Positions 9,439 to 18,730 of a stretch of 64,000 bases of DNA are shown piece by piece. Each line of letters begins with the position of its first letter. Positions within the stretch are counted from its first letter, which is position 1. The notes beneath the pieces were generated by a model that had not been told where the DNA came from, ran no database searches, and worked only from the letters and a program-made list of their open reading frames with translations. A program made the translations under genes and the position numbers. This stretch comes from an uncultured Gammaproteobacteria bacterium (GTDB lineage Bacteria; Patescibacteriota; Microgenomatia; Levybacterales; UBA12049), in assembly GCA_964416445.1 (NCBI GenBank), contig CAYQEE010000001.1, positions 131,676 to 195,675 of the forward strand. Direction: 5' to 3'.

Positions 9439-10875
9439 ATGAGTCAAATAGCAGAAACAAGAGGAACGCGCCATTTAATGGGCAAGTATCTCGCTTCGGC
9501 AGATATAGCTGTCAAACCATTTACCTTACGACATGAAAAGACATATGTAGGTCAGCGTGACGCACAAACTATCAAATTTCTTGAACGATCACTCACAGGC
9601 ATAGCCCTTATTAATCCTGCTTTACAGCAGGCAGCATCTCAGTTGCCTGGAATTGCAGAAGGGCAATTAGTTACGGCAAAACCACTCTTAGATACCTATA
9701 TGCAAGTTGCGTCGGCTCCCAAGTCTGAGCAAACAAGCCAACAATTAGCGGAATTAACGGCGACCATTCTTACAGATACCACTGTGCAAGGAGATTTGCA
9801 GAGTTATATGCGTTTTGTAAAAGCATCTGGAGTAATTGAGGATATCAGTGATATGACGAAAATCATGAGAAAATTTTACGTTGCAAATGCTTTATTAAAT
9901 GATAAAAATACAACAAGTAAACGAAGAGAGCAGATAGCGACGATTAAGAGACAATATCGAAAACTACCAGAAATTAGTGAAGTTGACGCAGAGGAGATTG
10001 TATTACCTTCGAATAGAACTACTCAAAGAGATATTTTGGGAAGAGTTGGTCATGATATCGGTCATACTTTTACTCCATTACAGGGTAATTTAGACATTTT
10101 AAAACTAAAGATGAGAAAACAAGAAGATAAACTAAAACCGGAGGATTATTTATCCTTCTATATTACAACAATGAAAGTATATGAAAAAGCACGAGGGGTT
10201 GATGAATATCTCCAACGCATACCATTTTTATTACGCAATGAAATCCATGTTGAGAATTTAACTATACCGATTGTCAGGGAAATTTTTAACACGCATTATC
10301 TCCAAACATTAATTGATCAAGGAGTTTCTGTAGAAACAGGTGATAAATTAACTCCCGAACAATTTCCAAGTATTAAATGGGAAAAAACGGCAGCAGCTCA
10401 GGTTGCTACGAATTTGGCAAGTAATGTTTTGGAAATTTTCAATGCCAAACATACAAGCTCGCTTCAGGAGAGGAACGAACCTGATGAACGAGCTCCAGAA
10501 GCAATGCCGCAATCGTTGCCTCATCACGTTACTGTTTCTGAAAGAATACTTCAAGGACGTCAATTATATGAAATGTTTCGAGTTTCTTCAGAAATGAATG
10601 AGCAAGGCAATGAATCACTCTTTCCTCCCCAATTTGCAAATCGATCATTTTATGTTCTTGAATTCGTGGATAATGGTCGTGAACTAAACGATTATATCGC
10701 GAATAATGGGTTTCAAGTAGGATTCTCAACAAATGAAGCAACTGAGACGAAACGTCGTGGAGATGGAATTAGTAGACAAGCTGAGTTTTCAAAAAATAAT
10801 TTCGGTATCTTCATTCTTCCCCGGAAACGTGTTGATGGGGTAGGTACCAGTATTTCTGTTATTATCCCTGTATGA
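9439..10875 (+). CDS. Hypothetical soluble protein with degenerate histidine-kinase-like motifs (HisKA-like 'GHDIGHTFTPLQGNLDIL'; HATPase-like 'VDNGREL ... GDGISRQ')
   Basis: A long ORF with no TM segments, flanked by AT-rich intergenic regions. The motif resemblance was judged by eye only. Confidence 0.45.
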   Translation: MSQIAETRGTRHLMGKYLASADIAVKPFTLRHEKTYVGQRDAQTIKFLERSLTGIALINPALQQAASQLPGIAEGQLVTAKPLLDTYMQVASAPKSEQTSQQLAELTATILTDTTVQGDLQSYMRFVKASGVIEDISDMTKIMRKFYVANALLNDKNTTSKRREQIATIKRQYRKLPEISEVDAEEIVLPSNRTTQRDILGRVGHDIGHTFTPLQGNLDILKLKMRKQEDKLKPEDYLSFYITTMKVYEKARGVDEYLQRIPFLLRNEIHVENLTIPIVREIFNTHYLQTLIDQGVSVETGDKLTPEQFPSIKWEKTAAAQVATNLASNVLEIFNAKHTSSLQERNEPDERAPEAMPQSLPHHVTVSERILQGRQLYEMFRVSSEMNEQGNESLFPPQFANRSFYVLEFVDNGRELNDYIANNGFQVGFSTNEATETKRRGDGISRQAEFSKNNFGIFILPRKRVDGVGTSISVIIPV

Positions 10876-11010
10876 TATGGTGAGTCTGCTATAAAAAGCG
10901 AAAAAGATGTGAGCAGATTCTTATCATAATAATATAACTTCTTGCCTCAATGTTATGTGAGACAATCGTTGAAATAGCTTGTTTGGAAAGAAGTGTACTT
11001 GCTCGTTTCC

Positions 11011-11283
11011 TTAAAAGAAATCTTGATTGTCATTATCCTTGTGATTGCTTAATGATGGTTGACCATTAGAAGCATCCACTTGTATGAATTCTTCTTTAAT
11101 TTTAACAAATTCATTTTCAACTTCTTGCAAACGGTTTCTACATTGCTTGATTAATTCCTTTCCCTCTCGTAATTTATGTAAACCTTCATCAAGATCAATT
11201 TCTTCATTCTGAAACCAAGTATTAATTTCTTCAAGTCGCTTCACTGATGTGGTGAAATCAATTTTTTTTACCGAATCGCTCAT
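11011..11283 (-). CDS. xseB: Exodeoxyribonuclease VII small subunit
   Basis: 'VKRLEEINTWFQNEEIDLDEGLHKLREGKELIKQCRNRLQEVENE' has the XseB coiled-coil signature. It overlaps xseA by 4 nt. Confidence 0.8.
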   Translation of the reverse strand: MSDSVKKIDFTTSVKRLEEINTWFQNEEIDLDEGLHKLREGKELIKQCRNRLQEVENEFVKIKEEFIQVDASNGQPSLSNHKDNDNQDFF

Positions 11284-12650
11284 ATATTCACCTCCTTTAT
11301 CTGTGACTGTACTTTGCCATCGTAGAAGTGAATGGTAACTACGTCCCCGTTCTTAGTTTGTGATGGAGATTTAATTACTTTTCCTTGTATATCTTTTGTA
11401 ATACTATATCCTTGTTTTAATTTTACTTGTGGGTCACAGAGTGAGAGAACGTGTTCATGGTCTTTGATTTTTTTAGTTAAAAGGTAATACCAATTTTTGG
11501 CATCTTTTTCTATGCTTTTATCGAGATAGGTGAAATTTTGAAGTTGTGTATTCATTCGTTGATGAAATCGTTCGAAATTATAGGTGAAAGTATCTTCAAT
11601 ATGTTTTATTTTCTGTAACATATCTCTGAAACATCGCATTAACGAGTCTTGATAATGCGTTATATCTTTCTGACACTGATAAATATGTTTTGCATAGTTA
11701 CTCATAATGTTATTTTGGAAATAGGTTAGGTTAGTCAGACATGCTTGATATGTATTTTTAAATCGGGTTACTATGTTTTCTTCAATTGTTTCAATTCGTT
11801 GAGCAATCTGAATCCAAGGCTCTGCAAGCATTTTTCCAGCATGTAACGGCACTGAGGCACGAACATCAGCAACTAAATCAGCTATTGTTACGTCTCGTTC
11901 ATGTCCAATAGCAGTAAGAACGGGTGTTTTTGAACTATGAATTGCTTTAGCAATTTCCATACTGTTAAATGCTTGAAGACTTTCCAAACTTCCCCCTCCT
12001 CGGGCTATCACGAGTACATCCAGTGGCTCAGGTAATTCGTTGAACCAACGGATTGCTTGTTGAATACTTTCGATTGCGTTTATTCCTTCAACTCGTACAT
12101 CATAAAAGGAAATATGTAAGCCATGATTTCCTAACCCCATCAAAAAATCAGTAATGACGACTCCTGATCGAGAAGTTATGAGTCCGATTCGTTGGGGAAA
12201 TTGCGGCAGGATTCGTTTTCTCTCTTGACGGAAGTATCCCGCTGCATCAAGTTCTTTCTTTAACTTTTCAAATGCAAGTTTTAAAGCGCCTTCACCAACA
12301 GGCATAATATACTGAACCTGCAAAGAAAGTTTGCCATAAGGTTTATATATTTCTGCATATCCAATAATTTTTACTTCCATTCCTTCTTCGAGGATAAATC
12401 CAATGTTCCGCAATGTGTTTTGCCAAGCAAAACAATTAAGAACAGCTTTTTCTTTTTTATCGCATAAGGTGAAATACACTGCAGCTCCTCGTGTATCAAT
12501 TTTACCGATTTCTCCTTGTACGGTTCCTTTCAGGGGTTTGAGAGCATAATTGAGGTAGCTCAAATACTCGCTCACACTAAAAATTTGATCATCTTTTTCT
12601 GATATCTCTTCGTCAGGTGTATAATGTGATACAGAATAAGGAGCAGTCAT
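11280..12650 (-). CDS. xseA: Exodeoxyribonuclease VII large subunit
   Basis: An OB-fold N-terminus is followed by 'GLITSRSGVVITDF' and 'IARGGGSLESLQAFN', both conserved XseA motifs. Confidence 0.85.
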   Translation of the reverse strand: MTAPYSVSHYTPDEEISEKDDQIFSVSEYLSYLNYALKPLKGTVQGEIGKIDTRGAAVYFTLCDKKEKAVLNCFAWQNTLRNIGFILEEGMEVKIIGYAEIYKPYGKLSLQVQYIMPVGEGALKLAFEKLKKELDAAGYFRQERKRILPQFPQRIGLITSRSGVVITDFLMGLGNHGLHISFYDVRVEGINAIESIQQAIRWFNELPEPLDVLVIARGGGSLESLQAFNSMEIAKAIHSSKTPVLTAIGHERDVTIADLVADVRASVPLHAGKMLAEPWIQIAQRIETIEENIVTRFKNTYQACLTNLTYFQNNIMSNYAKHIYQCQKDITHYQDSLMRCFRDMLQKIKHIEDTFTYNFERFHQRMNTQLQNFTYLDKSIEKDAKNWYYLLTKKIKDHEHVLSLCDPQVKLKQGYSITKDIQGKVIKSPSQTKNGDVVTIHFYDGKVQSQIKEVNI

Positions 12651-12727
12651 AGTGGTAATTAGGTATTATAACATACTCCGTTAAGAGCAAAAATAATAAA
12701 ACGCTTCATGCTATACTCAGGGAAATT

Positions 12728-12988
12728 ATGCAAAAAGAATATTATATAAACGCGAGTGAACTTGGTGATTATGTATATTGTAAACGTGGTTGGTGGTTGC
12801 GATGTAATGGAATAATGACGGGAAGTAATAACGATATGATTCGAGGGACAAATGCTCACATACGTTTATCTCAAGCACTTGATCTGAATAGAAAAAAAAC
12901 AAATATCGCTTGGATAATCATTATACTTGCAATCGGTTTGTTAATGCTGTTACTGAGTATTTTTTTGATGACAAACATGCGGCAGTAA
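12728..12988 (+). CDS. Cas4/DUF83-like PD-(D/E)XK nuclease, N-terminal fragment. It carries the N-terminal Cys motif 'YVYCKRGWWLRC', 'GTNAHIRLSQAL', then one TM helix
   Basis: Motif order matches the Cas4 N-terminus. It ends with a hydrophobic helix. The stop and the next ATG form 'TAATATG'. Confidence 0.5.
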   Translation: MQKEYYINASELGDYVYCKRGWWLRCNGIMTGSNNDMIRGTNAHIRLSQALDLNRKKTNIAWIIIILAIGLLMLLLSIFLMTNMRQ

Positions 12989-12989
12989 T

Positions 12990-13466
12990 ATGTTTTATCT
13001 TATAATTATTACTCTTGGAATTTTTTTATTAGGCATATTTCTTCTCGTATTTACCTCAAACCAAAATCGGTCATTTGGTATTCTTACCAGAAAAAAAATC
13101 TACCAAGATACAGAGGAAAAACCGGGAAAAACATTGTATGCTACAACGCTTCCTCTTAGAGGAAAACCTGATTATCTTATTCAACAAGGAAAGGCAATTA
13201 TTCCCGTGGAAGTAAAAACTGGGAAAACGCCGAATTCTCCGTATATGAATCATAGTATGCAACTTATGGCATACTGTCTGTTGGTTGAGGAGACATTTCA
13301 TCAACGTCCTCTTGGTGGCTACTTACGGTATCCTGAAAAAGAATTTAAATTACTTTATACAGAAGAAGCAGAACAATCAGTAAGAAATCTCGTATGGGAA
13401 ATGATTAAAAATAAAAAAACAAATCAAGAATATTTTTGTAGGCATCCAGAACATAACAAATGCTAA
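12990..13466 (+). CDS. Cas4/DUF83-like PD-(D/E)XK nuclease core. One TM helix is followed by 'GKPDYLI', 'IPVEVKTGK', the QxxxY motif 'QLMAYCLL', and C-terminal Cys 'CRHPEHNKC'
   Basis: RecB-family motifs II and III, QxxxY and the C-terminal cysteines are present in Cas4 order. It is in a different frame from the upstream fragment. Confidence 0.55.
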   Translation: MFYLIIITLGIFLLGIFLLVFTSNQNRSFGILTRKKIYQDTEEKPGKTLYATTLPLRGKPDYLIQQGKAIIPVEVKTGKTPNSPYMNHSMQLMAYCLLVEETFHQRPLGGYLRYPEKEFKLLYTEEAEQSVRNLVWEMIKNKKTNQEYFCRHPEHNKC

Positions 13467-13783
13467 AAAGTAAGGAAAGTCCTCAGGTATCATGTCCACA
13501 TTGACATTTTTTTTGCTGTAACAAAACTTCCACCATACCTTCTAATTTCCCAATTTTTTCAGACATTCGAAAAAGTTCTTTTAATATATGCGGTGGTACA
13601 TCATGAACTTTATGAGGTGGTTGTAGTGGAAGTTTCCTTTGATCTTCAGAAAAAGGTTTTTGCTCAGGCATAGAAGTGATACTAAAGAAAAAATGTAAGT
13701 AATCTATAAGAAAAAGGGAAATTTTTGATATGTAAAGTAACTTAGTGTTTGACAGATAGAGATGATTATGTCATTATTTTTAT

Positions 13784-14206
13784 ATGGTAGATCAAAATGT
13801 TCCGCAGCAAAATACTACTGTAACTGACCCAATAGCACCTTCTGTGCAAACGGATCCACAATCCAGTATGCCACTCCAAGGTGTAGTAACAGAAGATGTT
13901 TTAATGAACCCTCCTCAGCCGGGACAACCAACAGATATCCCTTTCGAACAACAGGATGATTCTGGGGCAAACGCAAATTATATTGAAAATGTTGGTGGTT
14001 CTTTTTTTGATTTATTGAATGATGTACTGAGTAAGCAAGAATTAATGGCAGATATTGCAAAAGAGATGAATGTCACGACATTGAATTGTAGCAAAATTGC
14101 GGAAGGTATCCAAAACAAAATAAAACAAAATCAATTAACAAAAGAAGAAATTGCTTTTATTTTAACAGCTACGTTAGTAGATTTACCTCCTGAAGAACAA
14201 AGTTAA
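13784..14206 (+). CDS. Hypothetical acidic protein
   Basis: A 140-aa ORF rich in Pro/Gln/Asp/Glu. No recognisable domain. Confidence 0.4.
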   Translation: MVDQNVPQQNTTVTDPIAPSVQTDPQSSMPLQGVVTEDVLMNPPQPGQPTDIPFEQQDDSGANANYIENVGGSFFDLLNDVLSKQELMADIAKEMNVTTLNCSKIAEGIQNKIKQNQLTKEEIAFILTATLVDLPPEEQS

Positions 14207-14252
14207 ACAGATACAAAAAATATTCATTAAGCATCTTGAGACTCTCGCCATA

Positions 14253-15848
14253 TTATGCCTCGATAGCTTTTCCTGTTGTGCCAACAACGGCACCTCCTAA
14301 TACTCCGAGTATTGCAGCTGCCATTGCTAATAATGGATTCAATTTATCTTTATCGGGATCGTCACCTAAGGCTTTAATTTGTTCTCCTATTTGATTATAT
14401 TTTGCCATTAATTCATCGCGACTCATTTCAGTGAGCGGTTTTTCAGCGGCGGCAGGTTTATTTTCCTGAGCTATTTTTTTGTCGATTTGATTCCTCTGTT
14501 GTAAATTAGCTAATTCGTTTTGTTCATCAGTACTTAACGGAGTTTCTTGATCTTGTAATACTTTCATTCGGACTCTATCGTCATCAGATAAGGGAGTATG
14601 ATTCGCTCGTTCTTGCTGTCTGTCCTGATTAGTATTCGTTGCTGTTTCCTGAGCTGGTTCTTTCGCAGCTTTTGCTTCAAGTTGCATTTGTTGCCGTGCA
14701 TATCGTATCGCTTCTGCTCGAGCCTCTGCGAGATCTTCATCGTTTCGAGCCTGAACCATTCGTTGATTGAATTTATCGGTAAAATGACGGCTATTCATTG
14801 CTTGTTCATCAGAGATGACGACTCGTTTTTCCTGACCTGGCTCGCTTTGCGCTTGTTCTCGATGTTGTCTTCGGATTTCGTTAAACGCGCGTTGCCTTGC
14901 TACTTGTAATTCTGCAAAGGATACCTGATCTAATCGCACTCGTTCAGCAACAACCGGCAGTGGCTCGGTATTTTGCTGACCGTTCTCGCCAGAGAGATTT
15001 GGAAGTGCGTCAGTATGAACACCCTCACTCGTATCTGATGAAACGAGATGTAAGTTTACTGTTTCTCGCGCATTTGCTTTCGATCGTATTGAGTTTTGCT
15101 GTAAGTGTGCAAGTCTCTGTTCCTCAGCTCTTTTTTCAGCTCTCATGAGTGAAACCTGTTTGGCTACTTCATCTGCGAACTTTGGATCATTGTAGACATC
15201 CGCTGCCTCTTGCACTAACCCTTGCATCATATCTCGTCTGATTTGTTCTTCTTGAGCTCGAGAAGGCATATTTCCTGTATCTTCCATGATTTGTTCGATT
15301 CGTTGGGTAACTGCTTGGTTTAACTCTGAGCTGGTAAACGCTTGCGATCGAATATCTGCTTGTAATTGTTGTTCGTTATGTTGATTACGTTTTTGACGAA
15401 GACGACAAATATCAATTGCTTCTTTACGTGCATCTTTTCGCTCTTTGTCCGTTAATGTCCTTTTTGTTTCTCCTCGTTTCGCGTCAACAACGGACTTGAG
15501 TTCGGCAGCCACTTCAGCGCGATTGTTCCGAACAAATCGTCTATCTTGACCGGTCAATACTCGAACAGAATCAATTCGTACCACAGTTCGAGACCATTCT
15601 CGGGAAGTTCTTCCTTTCTGAAGCACCTCGCCGGTACGTAATTTTACTAAGCCTTCATGAGCATTTCCTGTATCACGGTCAGTGCGTAATCGCTTTGCAA
15701 CTTGTTGTGCCCACCATTGTTGTGCTTTTTCTTTGAATGAAGGACCTTGTTTTTCAGCAACCTTATCTTTGATTTCTTTTCGCTTGACGAGTTGTTCACT
15801 ACTCATTTGAGGTAGCGGTCGTAGTGGTGTTGGTGCATTATTTGGCAT
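14253..15848 (-). CDS. Hypothetical highly charged (R/E/Q/A-rich) coiled-coil protein with a C-terminal transmembrane anchor
   Basis: 531 aa of low complexity. The C-terminus 'LLAMAAAILGVLGGAVVGTTGKAIEA' is hydrophobic. Local GC is visibly higher than in the surrounding DNA. Confidence 0.55.
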   Translation of the reverse strand: MPNNAPTPLRPLPQMSSEQLVKRKEIKDKVAEKQGPSFKEKAQQWWAQQVAKRLRTDRDTGNAHEGLVKLRTGEVLQKGRTSREWSRTVVRIDSVRVLTGQDRRFVRNNRAEVAAELKSVVDAKRGETKRTLTDKERKDARKEAIDICRLRQKRNQHNEQQLQADIRSQAFTSSELNQAVTQRIEQIMEDTGNMPSRAQEEQIRRDMMQGLVQEAADVYNDPKFADEVAKQVSLMRAEKRAEEQRLAHLQQNSIRSKANARETVNLHLVSSDTSEGVHTDALPNLSGENGQQNTEPLPVVAERVRLDQVSFAELQVARQRAFNEIRRQHREQAQSEPGQEKRVVISDEQAMNSRHFTDKFNQRMVQARNDEDLAEARAEAIRYARQQMQLEAKAAKEPAQETATNTNQDRQQERANHTPLSDDDRVRMKVLQDQETPLSTDEQNELANLQQRNQIDKKIAQENKPAAAEKPLTEMSRDELMAKYNQIGEQIKALGDDPDKDKLNPLLAMAAAILGVLGGAVVGTTGKAIEA

Positions 15849-15852
15849 AAAA

Positions 15853-16185
15853 TTATTGTTCTTTTAAGAGTTTTGCAACATTAATTGCATGTTCAATATT
15901 TCCTGATTTGATTGCTGCATGCATTTGATCAATTGCTTGCGCTTCTTTCTCTGTCTGATCTTTTGAAAATTCAAGTGAGTAGACAAATTTTGCCTCTGAG
16001 TAATGTTCCCCGAGCAGTTTTAATTTTTCTAATAGTTCTACTCGATTTTTTACCGGAAGCAAATCAAGAAAGTCACTTGCAAGCTTTTTAGCAGTATCGG
16101 TACTTAATGAATTATTTTCTAAGTGTTTGATAATGATATCCAGTAATTCTTCTTCAACAGTTTGTGTTTGTTGTTGTAAATCCAT
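15853..16185 (-). CDS. Hypothetical small acidic protein, immediately upstream of the charged coiled-coil gene and probably in the same operon
   Basis: 110-aa ORF separated by a 4-nt gap. Helical and acidic. Confidence 0.45.
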   Translation of the reverse strand: MDLQQQTQTVEEELLDIIIKHLENNSLSTDTAKKLASDFLDLLPVKNRVELLEKLKLLGEHYSEAKFVYSLEFSKDQTEKEAQAIDQMHAAIKSGNIEHAINVAKLLKEQ

Positions 16186-16441
16186 AAATAAAATACAGTT
16201 TTAGTACCTATTACTAATAGTGGCACAGAGCAGTTCACTCTGTCAATAATTTATTTACCTTACGATTTACTTTACTGTTTGTTTTTTAGAAAAAGAAAAC
16301 AATGGGGCAGAGTTCATTGAGAAAGTAATGTCGTAACACGAACGAGATTAGAGCAATACATATCATATGATAAGCCAATTTGTAGGCCAAATGCGAATAT
16401 TGGTATGCATTTGACAAATCCCTCTGAGTTGTTACAATGAT

Positions 16442-16933
16442 ATGAGGATGAACCAAAAAGTAGTTATTATCTTAATTACTGTTCTTGTGGCAATTATTAT
16501 AGCAGGAGGGGGATATTTTCTCTACGCGAAAAATCAGGGCAATCAACAGCAGCAACAAAACCAGTTACCAACACAATCAGCACAGCAATCAGGAAATATA
16601 CCAACATTATCACCTGATGATATAGGGCTTACGTTAAAGCAAAGTACGTCAGGTAAATTTGCGGGTCATGGGCTTGATATGACCATAACTAAGTTATCAG
16701 GAATATCAAATATTGATTGTCAATTCTCTTACACGGCACAAGGCAATTTACCCAGAGGTGGAATTTGTACCTCTGTATCGGTAAAACCTGGTGATACTAT
16801 TGTGCAACAGGAATATCCTTTTGGTACGTGTTCAGATGTCTGCCATTTTGATAGTGGGGTAAGCGATGTCAAAATGGTCCTAAAAATTACGAAGACGGAT
16901 GGAAATACCTATCAAGTTTCTGCATCGCTGTAA
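16442..16933 (+). CDS. Hypothetical membrane-anchored or secreted protein with a Gln-rich linker and 4 Cys
   Basis: An N-terminal TM or signal segment 'VVIILITVLVAIIIAGGGYFLYA', then a poly-Q stretch, then a Cys-containing beta-rich C-terminus. Confidence 0.5.
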   Translation: MRMNQKVVIILITVLVAIIIAGGGYFLYAKNQGNQQQQQNQLPTQSAQQSGNIPTLSPDDIGLTLKQSTSGKFAGHGLDMTITKLSGISNIDCQFSYTAQGNLPRGGICTSVSVKPGDTIVQQEYPFGTCSDVCHFDSGVSDVKMVLKITKTDGNTYQVSASL

Positions 16934-17063
16934 TAATTCTTCGTAAAGATCTCAGTCATTTATTACTTTTTTTTCTTTACTTTTCACAATAACAAGCAAT
17001 TTCGTATTCAATTTCTCATGATTTCCCTCTTGACACCCTGTGAAAAATGTTTCAAAATGGATG

Positions 17064-17090
17064 AAGTAGTACCAAGTAGGAAAAAGTAGG
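17064..17090 (+). promoter_or_regulatory. Putative MraZ operator: three direct repeats AAGTAG(G) spaced exactly 10 bp apart, ending 15 bp before the mraZ ATG
   Basis: The repeats were read at 17064, 17074 and 17084. MraZ is known to bind arrays of short direct repeats with 10-bp periodicity in its own promoter. Confidence 0.45.
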
Positions 17091-17104
17091 AAACATGAAA
17101 CGTT

Positions 17105-17563
17105 ATGGTAATTGGACAGTATGAAGGAAAAGTCGGCGATAAATTTCAAGCAGCTTTTCCTAAAAAATTTCGAGATGAGTTAGGTAACAAACTCATCATG
17201 ACAAAAGGATTTGAAAACTGTTTAATAATTGTTTCTGAAGATCGTTGGAAAACCTTACTTGAAGGCACGAACGGAATACCTTTTACGAATCGGAATACAA
17301 GAGAATTACAACGATTTTTACTTGGCAACGCAACATTTGTCGAATTAGACAATAAAGGAAGATTTGTCATACCAGATTATTTACGGAAATATGCGCAATT
17401 AGGAGAGGACATTATCTACGCAGGAATTGAACGATTTGTTGAAGTTTGGAGTAAAGAAGCATGGGAAAAACATCAACAGCATTTGTCAGAAAATATTGAG
17501 TCAATTGCTGAAAGATTATCAAATAATCCTGCCCAAGAGAGGTCGGAGCGTTTGAATGAGTGA
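17105..17563 (+). CDS. mraZ: Transcriptional regulator MraZ
   Basis: Two SpoVT/AbrB-like halves, 'MVIGQYEGKVGDK ... DRW' and 'DNKGRFVIPDYLRKYA ... VEVWSKEAW'. It is the first gene of the dcw block. Confidence 0.85.
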   Translation: MVIGQYEGKVGDKFQAAFPKKFRDELGNKLIMTKGFENCLIIVSEDRWKTLLEGTNGIPFTNRNTRELQRFLLGNATFVELDNKGRFVIPDYLRKYAQLGEDIIYAGIERFVEVWSKEAWEKHQQHLSENIESIAERLSNNPAQERSERLNE

Positions 17564-18437
17564 ATATCATAAAAGTGTACTTTTACAAGAATCGATTGAA
17601 GCGTTACGCATTAAGCAAGGAAGTCGAATTATTGATGGAACGCTGGGAGGGGGAGGTCATACCCGAGAAATAATACGTCAAGGTGGCATTGTTCTTGGTA
17701 TAGACATTGATGATCATGCTATTCAGTTTGTCAGTAACGAACTGAATAGTGAGATAGAGCTTCATAAGCTCACCGTTGTAAAGGGTAATTTTAGAAATAT
17801 TGACAAGATTGCCAAGGAACAGTCATTTGAGCATGTTGACGGAATACTTCTTGATATAGGCGTATCAAGCAGTCAGTTTGATACCAAATCAAGAGGCTTT
17901 AGTTTTCGAGAAGATGCGAGACTTGATATGCGAATGGATATGAGTTTATCCGTAACCGCAGCAGATCTCGTGAATGGATTAAATAAAGGTGAGCTCATTG
18001 AGTTATTTACGAAGCTTGGTGAAGAACCATTTGCCAAGTCAATTAGTAACCATATTGTGAGCGCGAGGCAGAAAAAACGCATAGAAACAACAGGAGAATT
18101 AGCGCGGATAGCTGAGATGGCGTACCCAAAAGGGTTTAAAAAAATCCATCCGGCTACCAAAATATTTCAGGCGTTACGGATTGCGGTGAATGATGAATTG
18201 CATAGTTTAGAAGATGTAATGCCAAAAGCTTTAGATCTTTTAGCAACGCAGGGAAGGCTTGTAGTCATTTCGTTTCATTCACTCGAAGATCGTATTGTTA
18301 AAAATTATTTTAAAAAAGCAGAAGCTGAGCATAAAGGCAGGATACTAACTGAGAAGCCGATTGTCCCCACTGGGGACGAAATGGAAGCGAATAAACGTTC
18401 GCGAAGTGCGAAATTACGGGTATTTGAAAAGTTATGA
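17556..18437 (+). CDS. rsmH: 16S rRNA (cytosine1402-N4)-methyltransferase RsmH (MraW)
   Basis: 'HKSVLLQESIEALRIKQGSRIIDGTLGGGGHTREI' is the canonical RsmH N-terminus and SAM motif. Confidence 0.9.
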   Translation: MSEYHKSVLLQESIEALRIKQGSRIIDGTLGGGGHTREIIRQGGIVLGIDIDDHAIQFVSNELNSEIELHKLTVVKGNFRNIDKIAKEQSFEHVDGILLDIGVSSSQFDTKSRGFSFREDARLDMRMDMSLSVTAADLVNGLNKGELIELFTKLGEEPFAKSISNHIVSARQKKRIETTGELARIAEMAYPKGFKKIHPATKIFQALRIAVNDELHSLEDVMPKALDLLATQGRLVVISFHSLEDRIVKNYFKKAEAEHKGRILTEKPIVPTGDEMEANKRSRSAKLRVFEKL

Positions 18438-18730
18438 AAAAGTTAGAATTTAGTATCCTTTGTATTGTCGTTATTGTCGCTTTAGCACTTATTTGTGTGA
18501 AAATAGGGGTTGATACGCTTTTTACCGCAAGTGGAGATGAATACAGTCAAATCCAAACAGAGACGCAAAAGCTACAAACTGAAAATATTATTCTGAAAGA
18601 GCGAATTCTTGCGCAATCATCCTATTTTAATATTGCGTCTGAAGCAGCCTCTCTCGGATTTATTCCGAGTGATGCAAAGACAAGTATTGTCCTAACAAAT
18701 CCAGCCGAACCATTTGCATATAACCAATGA
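18434..18730 (+). CDS. ftsL: Cell division protein FtsL-like (TM plus coiled coil)
   Basis: 98 aa with an N-terminal TM helix and a coiled-coil segment. It sits between rsmH and ftsI with 4-nt overlaps on each side. Confidence 0.55.
   Translation: MKKLEFSILCIVVIVALALICVKIGVDTLFTASGDEYSQIQTETQKLQTENIILKERILAQSSYFNIASEAASLGFIPSDAKTSIVLTNPAEPFAYNQ

Noticed and set aside
12659-12859. 66-aa minus-strand ORF in the xseA upstream region
   Set aside because: It overlaps the start of the plus-strand Cas4-like fragment and the xseA promoter region. It is hydrophobic and low-complexity, so it is likely spurious.
13483-13671. 62-aa minus-strand ORF ending in 'CQCGHDT'
   Set aside because: It could be a small Cys-containing protein, but it has no homology or motif support and is short, so it was not called as a feature.
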